A stretch of 64,000 bases of DNA, from the NCBI RefSeq assembly GCF_964213995.1, contig NW_027590147.1, positions 992,001 to 1,056,000 on the forward strand. Direction: 5' to 3'. Shown here piece by piece: positions 13,386 through 26,482 of the stretch. The position numbers and the translations under genes are program-made. Each line of letters begins with the position of its first letter. Position 1 is the stretch's first letter. Source of the stretch: Mustelus asterias. Lineage: Eukaryota. The notes beneath the pieces were generated by a model. The model was not told where the DNA came from. It searched no databases and saw only the letters and a program-made list of their open reading frames with translations.

Positions 13386-13551
13386 TGAAAACATGTACCA
13401 AACGACTCAAGAACAACTTCTTCCGACTGTCATGTTTGAATGGTCCTATCATATATTAAGCTGATCTTTCTCTTCACCCTACCTGTACCCGCACCCTATC
13501 CTTTCCTTCTCCCCATGTACTCCATGAAAGGTATGCTTTGTCCTAACTGTA

Positions 13552-13860
13552 TGCTAACTGTCCTGGCTGGAGACAATACACATCTCTTTAACCTGTGCTT
13601 AACCCTTTCTCCACTCACATTATCTGTACCTTTAAAGACTTGATTACCTGTAAAGACTCGCATTCCAATCATTATTTTGTAAATTGAGTTTGTGTCTTTA
13701 TATGCCCTGTTTGTGAACAGAACTCCCACTTACGTGATGAAGGAGCAGTGCTCCAAAACCTAGTGGCTTGTGCTACCAAATAAACCTGTTGGACTTTAAC
13801 CTGGTGTTGTGAGACTTCTTACTGTGTTTACCCCAGTCCAACACCGGCATCTCCACATCT
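13552..13860 (+). mobile_element. Penelope-like repeat
   Basis: gactcgcattccaatcattatt...aaataaacctgttggactttaacctggtgttgtgagacttcttactgtg. Confidence 0.65.
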
Positions 13861-13989
13861 TGGAAATATATCGCCGTTCCTTCGCAGTCGCTGGGTCAAA
13901 ATGCTGGAATTTCCTCCCTACCAGCAGGGTGGATGTACTTGCACAACATGGACTGCAGGGGGTTCAGGTCCCATACATCACAAAGGTAG

Positions 13990-14690
13990 ACACTCCTGCG
14001 CCCCCTACAAACATGGCGATCGCACCTGCACCCTGCTGCACATTGCCCCTCACAAAGATGCCGGCCGCACTTGCGCACTGATAGACATTGCCACCGACAG
14101 ATTGACGGCCGTCAGCCCAGGCCCAACACGACAAGTTGCGCCTCCAATTTGGTACCAACAGGACGCCCGGAAAGTTTGAGTTTGGGTTTGAGTTTGAACA
14201 ACATGTTTACGAAGCCTCTCCACCCACCCGCCACATTCACCTCTCTCGACGCGCCGCCCTTTACCTTGAACTGATCTCGGATTCGAGTTAAAACCGTCCG
14301 TCCGCCGCCATTACCCGCACTGCGCATGCTTCAGACCCCTCCCCCTATTCACGCTGGTTGGAGGACCAGCCGCTCCCGCTCGGTCCTCCAGCTCCGCCCC
14401 CTTTTTCTATTGGTCCGGAGCTGCCGTCAATCAGTCCCCGGGCATTGTGACGTTGGGCATGCGCAGTGCGGCTCATGTCCAGGGACAGGCGCTTGTTTGT
14501 CTGATCTTCAGGCGGGGAGGAGGCGGATAAGCGGAGGCAGCGTTCGGGGCAGTGGGTGGGAGGGGAGGCTCCACACACCCAGTGGAGGCTTCAACACCCC
14601 CAATAAGGAACGAGCGGCACCGCCTCGACACCCAACACAACGGCAGCTGCAGCGCTTCCTCCCGGGGCCAGGCCCCAGTGGACAAATGTG
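13990..14690. promoter_or_regulatory. CpG island, probable bidirectional promoter between the ZNF genes at 11.6-11.9 kb (-) and 16.8 kb (+)
   Basis: High CpG density; NRF1-like tgcgcatgc (14322) and gcatgcgca (14457); CCAAT; minus-strand donor caag|gtaaag near 14263. Confidence 0.6.
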
Positions 14691-14719
14691 GCTTCAGGAA
14701 GGAAATGCAGCAATGGGTT

Positions 14720-15920
14720 TGATTTGATTTATTGTCACATGTATTGGGATACAGTGAAAAGTATTGTTTCTTGCGCGGTATACAGACAAAGCATACTGTT
14801 CATAGAGTACATAGGGGAGTAGGAAAGGAGAGAGTGCAGAAAGGGTGAAGAGAAAGATCAGCTTAATATGAGGTCGGTCCATTCAAAAGGAGGAGGCTTT
14901 GGAGAGGGTACAGAAAAGATTTACCAGGATGTTGCCTGGTGTGGAGGGCATTAGCTATGAGGAGAGGTTGGAGAAACTTGGTTTGTTCTCACTGGAACAA
15001 CGGAGGTTGAGGAGTGACCTGACAGAAGTCTACACGATTATGAGGGGCATGGACAGAGTGGATAGTCAGAAGCTTTTTCCCAGGATGGAAGAGTCAATTA
15101 CTAGGGGGCACAGGTTTAATGTGTGAGGGGTAAGGTTTAAAGGAGATGTATGAGGCAGGTTTTTTACACAGAGGGTGGTGGGTGCCTGGAACTCGCTGCC
15201 GGGGGAGATAGTGGAAGCAGATATGATGGTGACTTTTAAGGGGCGTCTTGACAAATACATGAATAGGATGGGAATAGAGGGATATGGTCCCCGGAAGGGT
15301 AGGGGGTTTTAGTTAAGTCGGGCAGCATGGTCGGTGCAGGCTTGAAAGGTCAAAGGGCCTGTTCCTGTGCTGTAATTTTCTTTGTTCTTTGTTTGTAAAA
15401 GTCTGGTGGCAGCAGGGAAGAAGCTGTTCTTGAGTCGGTTGGTTTGTGACCTCAGACTTTTGTATCTTTTTCCCGACGGAAGAAGATAGAAAAGAGAATG
15501 TCCAGGATACGTGGGGTCCTTGATTATGCTGGCTGCTTTTCTGAGGCAATAGGAAATGTAGACAGTGTCAATGGATAAGAGGCTGATTTGCGTGATGGAC
15601 TGGGCCACATTCACACCCCTTCTAGTTTTTTGCACTCTTGGTCAGAGCAGCAGCAACACCAAGCTGTGATACAACTGGATGGGATGCTTTCTGTGGTGTC
15701 CCTGTAAAAATTGGTGAGAGTCGTAGCTGACATGTCGACATGTTGAATTTCCTTAGCCTCCTGAGAAAGTCGAGGCGTTGGTGGGCTTTCTTAACTAAAG
15801 CAGCAGTATAGAGGGACCAGGACAGGTTGTTGTGATCTGAACACCGAGAAACTTGAGCTCTCAACCATTTCCACTTTGTCACCATTGATGTAGACAGGGC
15901 ATGTCTTCCACTACATTGCC
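14720..15920 (-). mobile_element. Rex1/Babar-like LINE 3' fragment, interrupted by a nested CR1
   Basis: KKAHQRLDFLRRLRKF and IIKDPTYPGHSLFYLLPSGKRYKSLRSQTNRLKNSFFP; aatca tail repeats near 14720. Confidence 0.7.
14890..15395 (+). mobile_element. CR1-like LINE 3' end nested in the Rex/Babar element
   Basis: ERVQKRFTRMLPG..LGLFSLE; tttgttct tail; same subfamily as 5150-6190. Confidence 0.85.
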
Positions 15921-16798
15921 TGAAATTTTGTAGATATTCCAGTGATAGTTGGAAGAAGTCCATGCTGACTCTCTGTACATCAATCCACTCAGTCCCATTT
16001 CCCCTCCATAACTCTTTTCCCTTTTTAATTTCTTCACACCTATCTGATTTATTTTTCAAATCATTGATCATTTCTGATTCCACCATGCACAGAAGCAGTG
16101 AGGTCAGGTTGTGACAACTCGTGAATAAAATTGTTCTTCACATCTCCTTTCTATTGCTGATCAAATAATATGTTTAGTAATGTGGACATTGGCTAGTAGC
16201 CTGTATGAAGATTTTCAGGTCTCTTTGTACTGGACGGGAGCATAGGTCTGTCAATCAGCCTGAATCAGCACCTTCAGGAGAATTGGGAGGGTGTATATTA
16301 GGTACAGCAGAGTGAGATTGGAGGGAGAGTGTGTGGGACGGAGATTTACAACCTTAGGGAATGAGAAAGCAAAGAATATTCCATGGAAACTAGAATTGTC
16401 TGTTTTGAATTTCAGTTCTATACTTACACTGATAACTTCGATAAACAGGATATTAGAAGGAGAGAATTTACAGACTGAAATCTCACACCAAACGTCACAA
16501 CAAGATGTTACAAAGTCACTGGATTCATCAGGACCTGAATATAATTGCCGTTTGAATGTATGAGAAGAAATGTTTGTTTGTTCTGTCTGTGGGAAAAGAT
16601 TTCAAACATCAGTGTGACTGGACAAGAATGGAGACCCCACACACCTGAGTGAGAGTGTTCCAGTGAACTGACTGTGGAAAGAGCTTCAACCAGTAACGCA
16701 GCCTGAAAAACATCACCCCATTCACAGCGAGGAGAAACTGTACATACGTTCTGTACTTGGATGTGGAATCAACTGATTATCAAAAGGACACTGGCACC

Positions 16799-17809
16799 AT
16801 GGAGAGACCATGGAAGTGTGGGGACTGTGGGAAGGGATTCCAGTGCTCATCTGCACTGGACACACATCGACGAGTTCGTACTGGGGAGAGGCCGTTCATC
16901 TGCTCCGTGTGTAGGAAGGGATTCAGTATATCAACCACCCTGCTGAGACATCAGCGAGTTCACTCTGGGGAGAGGCCGTTCACCTGCTCTGTGTGTGGGA
17001 AGGGATTCACTCAGTTATCCACCCTGCTGAGACACCAGCGAGTTCACTCTGGGGAGAGGCCGTTCACCTGCTCTGTGTGTGAGAAAGGATTCACTCAGTT
17101 ATCCAGCCTGCTGACACATCAGCGAGTTCACACCGGGGAGAGGCCTTTCACCTGCTCAGACAGTGGGAAAGGATTCAGTGATCGTTCCACCCTGTGAAGG
17201 CACCAGCGAGTTCACCCTGGAGAGAGGCCGTTCCCTTGCTGTGTGTGTGGGAAGGGATTCAGTCATTCATCCACCCTGCAGACACACCATGTCACTCAAA
17301 CGAATGGGAGACCGTTTAAATGCTCAGACTGTGGGCGTAGCTTCAAAAGCTCTCAGACTCTGATGGGCCACCAGCGCATTCACACTGAGGACAGACCGTT
17401 GAGTTGCTCTTACTGCGTGAAGAGACTTAGAACATCATCCCAACTGCTAATACACCAGCGAGTTCACACTGGGGAGACACCCTTCACCTGCTCTGTGTGC
17501 GGGAAGGGTTTCAGTCATTCATCCACCCTGCTGGCACACCAGCGAGTCCATACTGGGGAGAGGCCATTCACTTGCTCTGACTGTGGGAAGGGATTCACTC
17601 AGATCTCCAATCTGCTCACACACCAGCGAGTTCACACTGGGGAGAGGCCGTTCACTTGCTCTGACTTTGGGAAGGGATTCACTCAGATCTCCAATCTGCT
17701 CACACACCAGCGAGTTCACTCTGGGGAGAGGCAGGTCAGCTGCTCCCAGTGTGGGAATAGATTTAAACGGTCGTCTCACTTGCTGAGACACCAGCGAATT
17801 CACAAGTGA
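16799..17809 (+). pseudogene. C2H2 ZNF paralogue, 12 finger units, with a single in-frame TGA at 17195-17197
   Basis: ORFs 16757-17197 and 17243-17809 share a frame; accATGG MERPWKC start; several fingers have lost a Cys or His. Confidence 0.85.
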
Positions 17810-17971
17810 TTACAGGAGTTGGATTCTGCTGTTAATCACATCCAGGACTGAACCATGTTTACTCTGACAGTGTAAGCCCTTCAGAGGGCTTCTGTCTGCT
17901 CACTGTCTGGTCTCATGGCTTTCCTTCAAGTGGGCTGATGTTATTTGAGCCAGGGAGAGCACATTTCCACC

Positions 17972-18312
17972 AGGGTGGCGTGATGGCAGAGTGGTTAGCA
18001 CTGCTACCTCACAGAGGCAGGAAACCCGGGTTCCATTCTGGTCTTGGGTCACTGTCTGTATGGAGTTGCACATTCTCCCCGTATCTGTGTGGGTTTCCTC
18101 TGGGTGCCTAGATTTTGTCCCACAGTCCGAAGATGGTTGGGTGGATTAACCGTGCTAAATTGTCCCTTTGTCACCAAAGATATTGAGGTTGTGTGGGTTA
18201 CAGGGAGAAATGGGTGAGGGGGCTTGGGTAGGATACTCTTTTTAGAGAGTCGGTGCAAACCCGATGGACCAAATGGCCTCCTTCTGCACTGTCGGAGTTC
18301 TTTTATGATTCT
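17972..18312 (+). mobile_element. HE1-type SINE
   Basis: gtggttagcactgctacctcacag head; aaatggcctccttctgcactgt tail. Confidence 0.75.
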
Positions 18313-20599
18313 AAATGATCCACATCTCTAGGTAGATCTAAAATACATTTGGTTGACGTTCCATTGAGTCTACAGCACAGGGCAAGGCCGATCGGCTCAA
18401 TAGGTCTGTGTCAGTATTGATGTTCCACCTCTTCATCTCCCCCCATCAGCATATCCTTCTATTCCTTTCTCCCTCATGTATGTATCCAGCTTCCCCTTCA
18501 ATGTATTCACGCTATTGACCTCAACCAATCGCTGTGGTCGTGAGTTCCACATTCTTGTCACCTTCCTTATTCCTGGAACCATTCTGATAAATCTCTTCTC
18601 CACCTTCACAAGGACCCTCACATCCTTCCTAAAGTGTAATGATCAGAACTGGGCTCCGTATCCTGTTGTGGCCTCACCCACAGCTTTAGAAACTATCAGT
18701 GTAACTTCCTTGCTTTTGTTCTCAATTCCTCGATTTCTGAAACCCAAGACCCCAGATAATGGAAACAGGAACATCAGACTGTTTTGCTAGAATGTAAAAT
18801 GCGTTTTAACAACATTCTTAAAATGGCTAAAGAAAATTTTGACCAATGAAGGAATGAGTTGTTGACACAAACAGAAACCATTTTGACCTTGCTCTCTCCA
18901 AAAGAGAATCCAGAATGTTTGAGTCTGGGAAATGAAATTAAAAATGAAGCTCCAGCTATAACTGAGCTGGAAGAAGACAGTTTCAATGTGGAATTGAGTG
19001 GAATTTTCTCTCTGGATTTAAACAATGGAGGAACTGCAAACATGGAAGAAAATAAATTTCAAAATGTGAACTCTGAACAGACTGTTTTCAAAATAGAACT
19101 TGAAAATTCACAAATGAACAGCAATGAAGACTCTCCTTTTGCAGGAGGAACTTTGGACTATAATTATTGAAAGAAGAAAAGTTTCAGAAAAGACTGCAAG
19201 CAGTAATTTCCATCTTCAGTGGACTGAGATTTCTGGACATGGAACCCAGCAGTGTGCTGTTACCAAGCTGGACTTGTGACTGTGAAGTGGACAATGGAGG
19301 GATTATTATGCCTATTGCAGGTTATAAGATAGATCAACATAGGAAAACAGTGGATTTAGGAACAGGAGGAGGCCATTTGGCCCTTCGAGCCTGCTCCACC
19401 ATTCAATAAGATCATGGCTGTTGTTAAGATATACAGCATGTTGTATATTGTAATATTCTAACTGGGATATTATGAAGGTGATACATTTCCATTTCTTCCT
19501 GTTTTTGTTACAAAAATCTAATTTCATAATTCCTATGTTTTAGAAATATGAATTAGTTGCAAGAATTGCTTTTAAAAAATGGAAAACCTGGATTGAGAAT
19601 CTGATGAAAACACCCTCACGGAATTCGCAGTCACAAAGCATGGTCCATGTTGGTTTAAGAAGTCAAAACTCGAGAGGTAAGAACTGTAAAAGGTCAGCTG
19701 GATCTTTTAGCTGGAGACATTGAGTCTGACAATTATTGTACTGTTTTTGTCAGGTGAATTCTTCATGCAGACCTCAGGGAAAAAGGGTTTAGTTTTGAAG
19801 CTAAATATCTGTCAGATATTCCACCTGGTCTCTGTTACCATGGGGATATGTGATTGAGGGTGGAGCCTTGGTTAGAATTAGACCATAAGATATAGGAGCA
19901 GAATTAGGCTATTCGGCCCATCGAATCTGCTGTGCCATTCGATCATGGCTGATAAATCTCAATCCCAGTCTCCTGCCTTTTCCCCGTAACCTTTGAGTCC
20001 TTTCCAATCAATGACCTGGTTCCACAGATAGACAGCGGACAGTCTGCAGTTAGCTTGGAAGCCACCAGTTGTGGGACCAGGAGCTGTGAACCAGCTGTGG
20101 GACTAGAAGCCTCGAGGACCATTAGAAACCAGGGGTGTTTCCAACATTTAAATCCCTCAGCAAGAATGCAGTGAAGCTCATGTTTGGACTGAGGAGTCCA
20201 CAGTTTGAGAGCTTAAAGGAAAATTGGAGGCTTGTTTCGTGAAAAGATAATGGATGGACTCACATAAACTCTTGGAGCTTGGAGAATATCTGGAGTACTG
20301 GGGAGAATTAAAGTGAATTGTGGAGAGCTTTGACATACCTTTGGGAGGTCCTAGGAACAGAAGTGAATGAACCTTCAAGATATCATTAAGTATAAAGAAA
20401 CTCTTGGGGTGAGGTAAAAAAATAGAACTAGGTTTATATCATAAATCTTTATTGAGTGTAGTATTCAATTTGTAGTGTTGTCTTTTTAAATTTTATTTAA
20501 ACATACAGTAAAGTTTGTTTTTGTTTAACAATGTGGAATCTTGTGATGTAATTCTTTCAGTTAATCACTGGGTGTTCGAATTTCTCTGCAAACGTTAAC

Positions 20600-21230
20600 A
20601 GTCCTGACCGGGATCGCAAAAATTCACACAAACAGTGTTTCAAAACAAATCGAAGAGAAAGATGTTTTTTCTTCTTCAGTACAAACGTTACACATGAAGA
20701 AACCCTCTTCTGGTATCTCCAATAATTTGTTGCTTCGAGCAATTCTTTTCATGGAACAATCAGATAATTGATGACTGAAAATGGAACTAATTGTATCCCT
20801 TTAAAGCAGGAGGGCGATCGCCCGGCACAGAGGGTAATTAGGGATTTCTCCCATAGACCAATTGACAGGGATTCTACCCTCCAACCACCTGAAGTGAATT
20901 CTTTACATGAATCATCCGTGCCAGTGCAGTTATCAACTTGCAGTTTGGTTGATCAGAAAATGCTTTGTTGCTGATTTTCCTTGTGTTAGGAAGTGACAAT
21001 GCCAAGGCCAGATCTTGTTTCCTCCTTGATCGGGATGTAACCCGTGTCCACATCGCCACTTCATTCTTCCACTGGTTGTATGGTTCAGACTCTGAGAGCA
21101 TCAGCAGGTAATCAGACCCTGACAATTCCCACTGCCTTTCAGTCATTTCTCACAAAAGCTGCTGGGATTGGAAGCTTCTGTCTGAAATATACTTTCTTTT
21201 AGTTTCCAACCTTCACCATTAGACAAGCAT
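20600..21230 (-). mobile_element. Degenerate retroelement gag-like fragment
   Basis: SESEPYNQWKNEVAMWTRVTS..KQDLALALSLP resembles N-termini of LTR-type elements; frameshifted. Confidence 0.45.
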
Positions 21231-21469
21231 TTTGTGTTACCATGTTATAATCCTGACAGCCTTGGGGTGGAGTCAATCTTTATTTTGTCTAGATTTGTTC
21301 ACAGAATCAAACATTACAGGTTCAACTCTGACTCCAAGCTATATTAGTGAGTCCCACTTTTTACCTGCTCATTATAACTATCTAATCAGTGCCCTCCATC
21401 TGAATAAACTTCACCTCTATTGATATAATTAACAGCCACAGTCAGAGCATCCAAAAGGTCACTAATGGG

Positions 21470-22745
21470 TGTGACTGCCATGGTGTCTCAGCAGCTTGGG
21501 TGAACAAGTGAATCCTTTTCCACACACTGAGCAGGTGAATGGTCTCAGTTTGGAAACTAAGGGAAAATAAAATTTCAGGCAGAAGCTTCCAATCTGGTAG
21601 GTTTTATGAGAAATCGCTGAAAGTGAGTGGGAATGATCAGGGTCTCTCCCCAGTGTGAATTCCCTGATGTTTCAGTAGGTCAGATGATGTTCTAAACCTC
21701 TTTGCACAGTGAGAGTGCCTGAACGGGGTCTCCTCAGGGTGAATGCGCTGGTCGACCCTGAGGTAGGCTCAGGTTTTAAAGCAGCTCCCACAGTCAGAGC
21801 ATTGAACAGGTTTCTTATTGGGGTCAGTGCCTCAGTATTCCAGCAGACTGGATGATTGACTGAGTCACTTCACACACACACATCAGATGAATGGCCTTTC
21901 CCCAGTGTGTAATCCTTTGTGTCTCAGCAGACTAGATAATTGAGTGAATCCCTTCCCACACTCGGAGCAGATGAATGGCCTCGGCCCAGTGTGAATGCGT
22001 TGGTTTGTCAGTGGGAGGGATGAGTGAGTGAATCCCTTCCCACGCTCTGAGCAGGGGGACAGTCCCTCACCCGTGTGAAATCGCTGGTGGTTCTGCAGGG
22101 TAGATGACTGAGTGAATCCCTTTCCACACACACAACAGGTGAATGGTCTCTCCCCATTGTGAACCCGCTGGTGTGTCAGCACGGCAGACGAATCGCTGAA
22201 TTTCTTCCCACACTCAGAGCAGTTGAATGGCCTCTCCCTGATGTGAAGTCGCTGGTGATTCCTCAGGGTGGATGAATCACGAAATCCCCTTCCAAACTCA
22301 GAGCAGGTGAACGGTGTCTCCACAGTGTGGCTGCATCGAAGGGTTTCCAGCTTCTAGGGACAATTGAATCCCTTCCCCCAGTCCCTACATTTCCATGGTC
22401 TGCGTGTCTTTGTACATCTCCAGGTTCAGATGAAGGTTTGACCCCACAGATAACACATACATGGTCTCTCCTCACTGTGAATCCTTCGATCTTTTCCAGG
22501 CTGTGTAACTGGTTAAAGCTCTTTCCACAGTCAGTTCACTGGAATACTCTCACTCGAGTGAATGTGTCTCAGTGATTTTCTAGTCACACTGATGTTTAAA
22601 CAGTTTGAAGGAACAGACAAACATTTTCCATTCTAGTTTCAAATGCCGATGGTATTCAGATCCTGAATAATTGGGTGACTCTGTCAGGTCCTAACGTCAT
22701 GTTTGTTGAGATTTGTGTCTGTAAATTCTCCCCTTCTAGTAGCCT
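21470..22745 (-). pseudogene. Degenerate C2H2 ZNF paralogue (about 10 fingers, multiple lesions)
   Basis: ORF 21883-22323 contains fingers; stops, frameshifts and a 100-bp insertion; family-type acceptor near 22745 and first-exon donor near 23985. Confidence 0.85.
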
Positions 22746-23431
22746 GTGAAAGAAATTCACAAGAACCATTGCTGCCAGTCCAGGATAAAAACTCAGAACA
22801 GACAATTCTGGTTTCTGTGAAACATTCTTTCCTCTCATCCTTGAAAATTTGTAAATCTCCATCCCAAACACTCTCCCTCCATTCTCACTTTGCTGGACCT
22901 GAAATAGACATTGTCCTGAGGGTGCTGATTCATCCTAATCGACAGATCCGTGCTGACTGTTTCATGTACAGGACACATATTCCTGAAATCTTCACACAGG
23001 GTTGTGTCTAAGCATATAGAAAATTTGCATATTTAGTGGACTAAAAATGTATGCAATATTCAGCACTCTATTACATGATTAGAGATACAGATGGGTGCGG
23101 AAGAACATGACTTGGGGAGCAAGCAATCATGTTCTGGAACTCACTGACAATGAGAGTGGTGGAAGTGGAGACGACCAGTGATTTCAAAATAAATTTGGTC
23201 AGGCACTTGAAGGAATTAAACGTACTGGGGAACAGGGATATCGAGGAAAAATGGCACTGAGTGGATTCCCCGACAGAGACTTGGCACAGAGTCAAGCTGC
23301 TGAATTGATTTATCTTGTGCTCTGCTGACTCTCTGACTGGAAAATATACAGAGTAGTTACAATACTATTCTGGAATTAAACACAATCAACTGTAATACAA
23401 ATCCATAAATAACAAACCTAATATGCACCAT

Positions 23432-23634
23432 ATAGTAAGAAGTCTCACAACACCAGGTTAAAGTCCAACAGGTTTATTTGGAATCACAAGCTTTCAGAGC
23501 GCTGCCCCTTCATCAGGTGAGAAGGAGCAGCGCTCTGAAAGCTTGTGATCCCAAATAAACCCATTGGACTTTAACCAGGTGTTGTGAGACTTCTTACTGT
23601 GCCCACCTCAGTCCAACACCGGCATCTCCACATC
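23432..23634. mobile_element. Palindromic Penelope-like repeat with hammerhead-like core
   Basis: Inverted arms around about 23520; minus strand reads CTGATGA..GAAA. Confidence 0.65.
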
Positions 23635-24000
23635 TTATGCACCATATAACAACACCAGACATATCAATGTTGTTACGATCCTCATGGTCACCTTATAATA
23701 AACAAATTCCCACAAATCCCAATGGAATAAACTGAAAGACAATGTTTCATTTTTAAAAAATTTTACTTTAAAAATTAATCTAAAATTAACATCACTGAAT
23801 CATGCATTAAGAAACAGTATTTGAATAGACAGGATAAATTACACTTTACAAAGTTCAGACAATAAAAACAGGTTCCACAAAATCACAAACATTTTCTCCC
23901 TCAGTATATTTAGCTCTCATTCCAGTTCCAGAGAATTTCTCTGTCTCTGTATTTCCCAGGAGAGAAAGAAAGTGTTTTCCTCACAGATGTGCCCAGAGGA

Positions 24001-24203
24001 TGAAGTTTGAGTCTGGTGAAGTTTGAGTCTGTGTGTGAAGTTTAAGTCTGTGGTGAAGTTTGAGTCTGTGGTGAAGTTTGAGTCTGTGGTGAAGTTTGAG
24101 TCTGTGGTGAAGTTTGAGTCTGTGTGTGAAGTTTGAGTCTGTGGTGAAGTTTGAGTCTGTGGTGAAGTTTGAGTCTGTGGTGAAGTTTGAGCCTGTGGTG
24201 AAG
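24001..24203. repeat. Minisatellite (gtgaagtttgagtctgtg)n, 18-20 bp unit, about 11 copies
   Basis: Directly visible tandem units. Confidence 0.95.
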
Positions 24204-24364
24204 CTACAAACAGAAGCTGTGCTGTTTCAAATCAAACTGCGGGACTTGGAAGAAAATGCTGGGAAGAGATTTTGCAATCCTCCCAGGCAGCGTACTCCAG
24301 ACTGTCACCGCCCTCTGGGTAAACAGGCTTTCCTCACATTCCCCCGAAACCTCCTGTCCCTCAC

Positions 24365-24810
24365 CTAGAACCTATTTTGCCTCATGACTGACCCTTCAAT
24401 TAAGGGGAATAGCTGCTCTTTATCCACTCTGTCCGTGTATCTCATAATCTTGTACACCTCGATCAGGTCGCCCCTCAGTTTTCTCTGCTCCAACGAAAAC
24501 AAGCCAAGCCTACCCAACCTTGCTTCATAACTTAAATGTTCTATCCCAGGTAGTATCCTGGTAAATATCTTCTGCACCCCCTGCATTGCAATCACATCCT
24601 TCCGAGAATGTGGCGACCTGAACTGCACACGGTACTCAAGCTGTGGCCTCACCAAAGTTCTGCACAGTTCCAACATGAGTTCCCTGCTTTTGCAACCTAT
24701 GTCATGATTGACAAAGTGAAGTGTCACGTACGCCCTTTTCACCACCCTACTAACATCCCCTTCCTCTTTCAGACATCTGTGGACAAACACGCCAAGTTCC
24801 CTTCGTTCCA
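24365..24810 (-). mobile_element. CR1-like LINE fragment
   Basis: LVRPQLEYRVQFRSP..LGLFSLEQRKLRGDLIEVYKI. Confidence 0.85.
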
Positions 24811-25214
24811 CAGAACACAAACTACCAAACTTGATGGTCATGTTCTTAACGAGGTCAACACGTTGATTATCAGCCTGTAAATCCTTTCGGTATTGCTGAT
24901 GGCAGGTGATGGGAACGGAACCGATACCTGGTCAACAATACTGCAGAAGTCAATGACAGACCGCTGGAGTACTTTGAAATCACAGAGCGATCAAATGGAC
25001 ATCCATGGTCACCAATGCCCTCTTCGGGCATGGTAACTGGAAGAGGAGGAGGTGGACGACACAAGAGGCTTAGAGAGTGGACTCTATAAATCAATGTCAC
25101 TCGGCAATCTGGATAACCAGGTTTGCGCAACGTTTCTCATCAGTAAACAAACCTTCTTAAAAATAACGGTGTCCAATGATCCTTATTTGTTAACCAACAA
25201 AACCACAGTCTAGA

Positions 25215-25602
25215 AGTGGAAATGAATAGGGTTGGGAAGCATTTTCCGATCAGGGCCAGTGTGATCTCCTGGACTCGTTTCGATCGCCTCAGGGGGTCGG
25301 AGAGGAATTTCCCAGATTTTTTTTTCCCCATATTGGCCCTGGGGTTTTCACTCTGGGTTTTCGCCTCTCCCTGGAGATCACATGGTCTGGAATGGGCGGG
25401 TGGGGGTGAGTTAATAGGTTGTGATGAACAAAGCATCGTAGCTGTGAGGGACAGCTCGGTGGATAGGATATTAGGATGTAGATAGGCTGGAAAATTGGGC
25501 GGGGATCCTGGATTCAGGATTCAATCCTGGACCGGGGAGCGGCGCGGGCTTGGAGGGCCGAAGGGCCTGTTCCTGTGCTGTATTGTTCTTTGTTCTTTGT
25601 TC
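25215..25602 (+). mobile_element. CR1-type 3' UTR/tail
   Basis: Ends in gggccgaagggcctgttcctgtgctgt and (ttgttct)n like other CR1 tails in the window. Confidence 0.6.
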
Positions 25603-26286
25603 TTCCATTATAAGTTAATGTATGTACTTGAAACTTTGATTAAATTAACCCGTCAGCCCTGCTTCGATAGCACCTTCGAAATCCGGAATCTCTTTCATCT
25701 CTCAGGAGAAGAGGAACAGATGCACAAGAACACCACATTCTGCGGCACCACTTCAAGCCACACACCATCCTCATTTTGAACCATATCGCCGTTCCTTGCG
25801 TCAACATTCTGGAAATCGTTTTCTGCTTTGGATTACAGGCAGAGTACAACCAATTAGAAAAGTATGGAAGGAGAAATGAAAGAAAGTGAGACATTACGAG
25901 TGCGAAATACAAAGCCAACTGATGGGGGGAGGACAGAAAGGAAGAGATTCAGAAATGACACAGAATGCACTGTTCTTTCAATTTATTTATATTTCCCTAG
26001 CGTGTGTTTACATAGTTGAATTGTTTGAAAACACGTCTCTCAATAAAAGACCGCTGGAGTCTGCCCATCGACAACCTTGCACTTGCGGACAGTGTCACGT
26101 ACCCTGAGTCACCGTCAGAGGGCGCAGTCGTCACATGTTTCTCCAAACTTGAAATGACACGGACAATGTCTCTGGTACCATTGGCATACCGCTGCTATTG
26201 GCAACAAAGTCCACAGTCTATTTTTTCTGCTCTCTGTCTCCCCCTCTCTCTGGCCTACCTCACGTGTCCTGCATTACTAAATGAGC

Positions 26287-26482
26287 GGCACGGTGGCACA
26301 GTGGTTATCATTGCTGCCTTACAGCGCAAGGAACCCAGATACAATTCCGGCCTTGGATGACTGTCTGTGCGGAGTTTGCACGTTCTCTCCGTGTCTACCT
26401 GGGTATTCTCCAGATGCTACGGTTTCCTCCCACAGTCCAAAAATTTGCAGGTTAGGTGCATTGGTCATGCTAAATTGCCCCT
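26287..26482 (+). mobile_element. HE1-type SINE (5' part)
   Basis: ggcacggtggcacagtggtta..ctgtgcggagtttgcacgttctctcc. Confidence 0.7.

Noticed and set aside
24114-24368. (VKFESV)n protein
   Set aside because: Translation of a minisatellite
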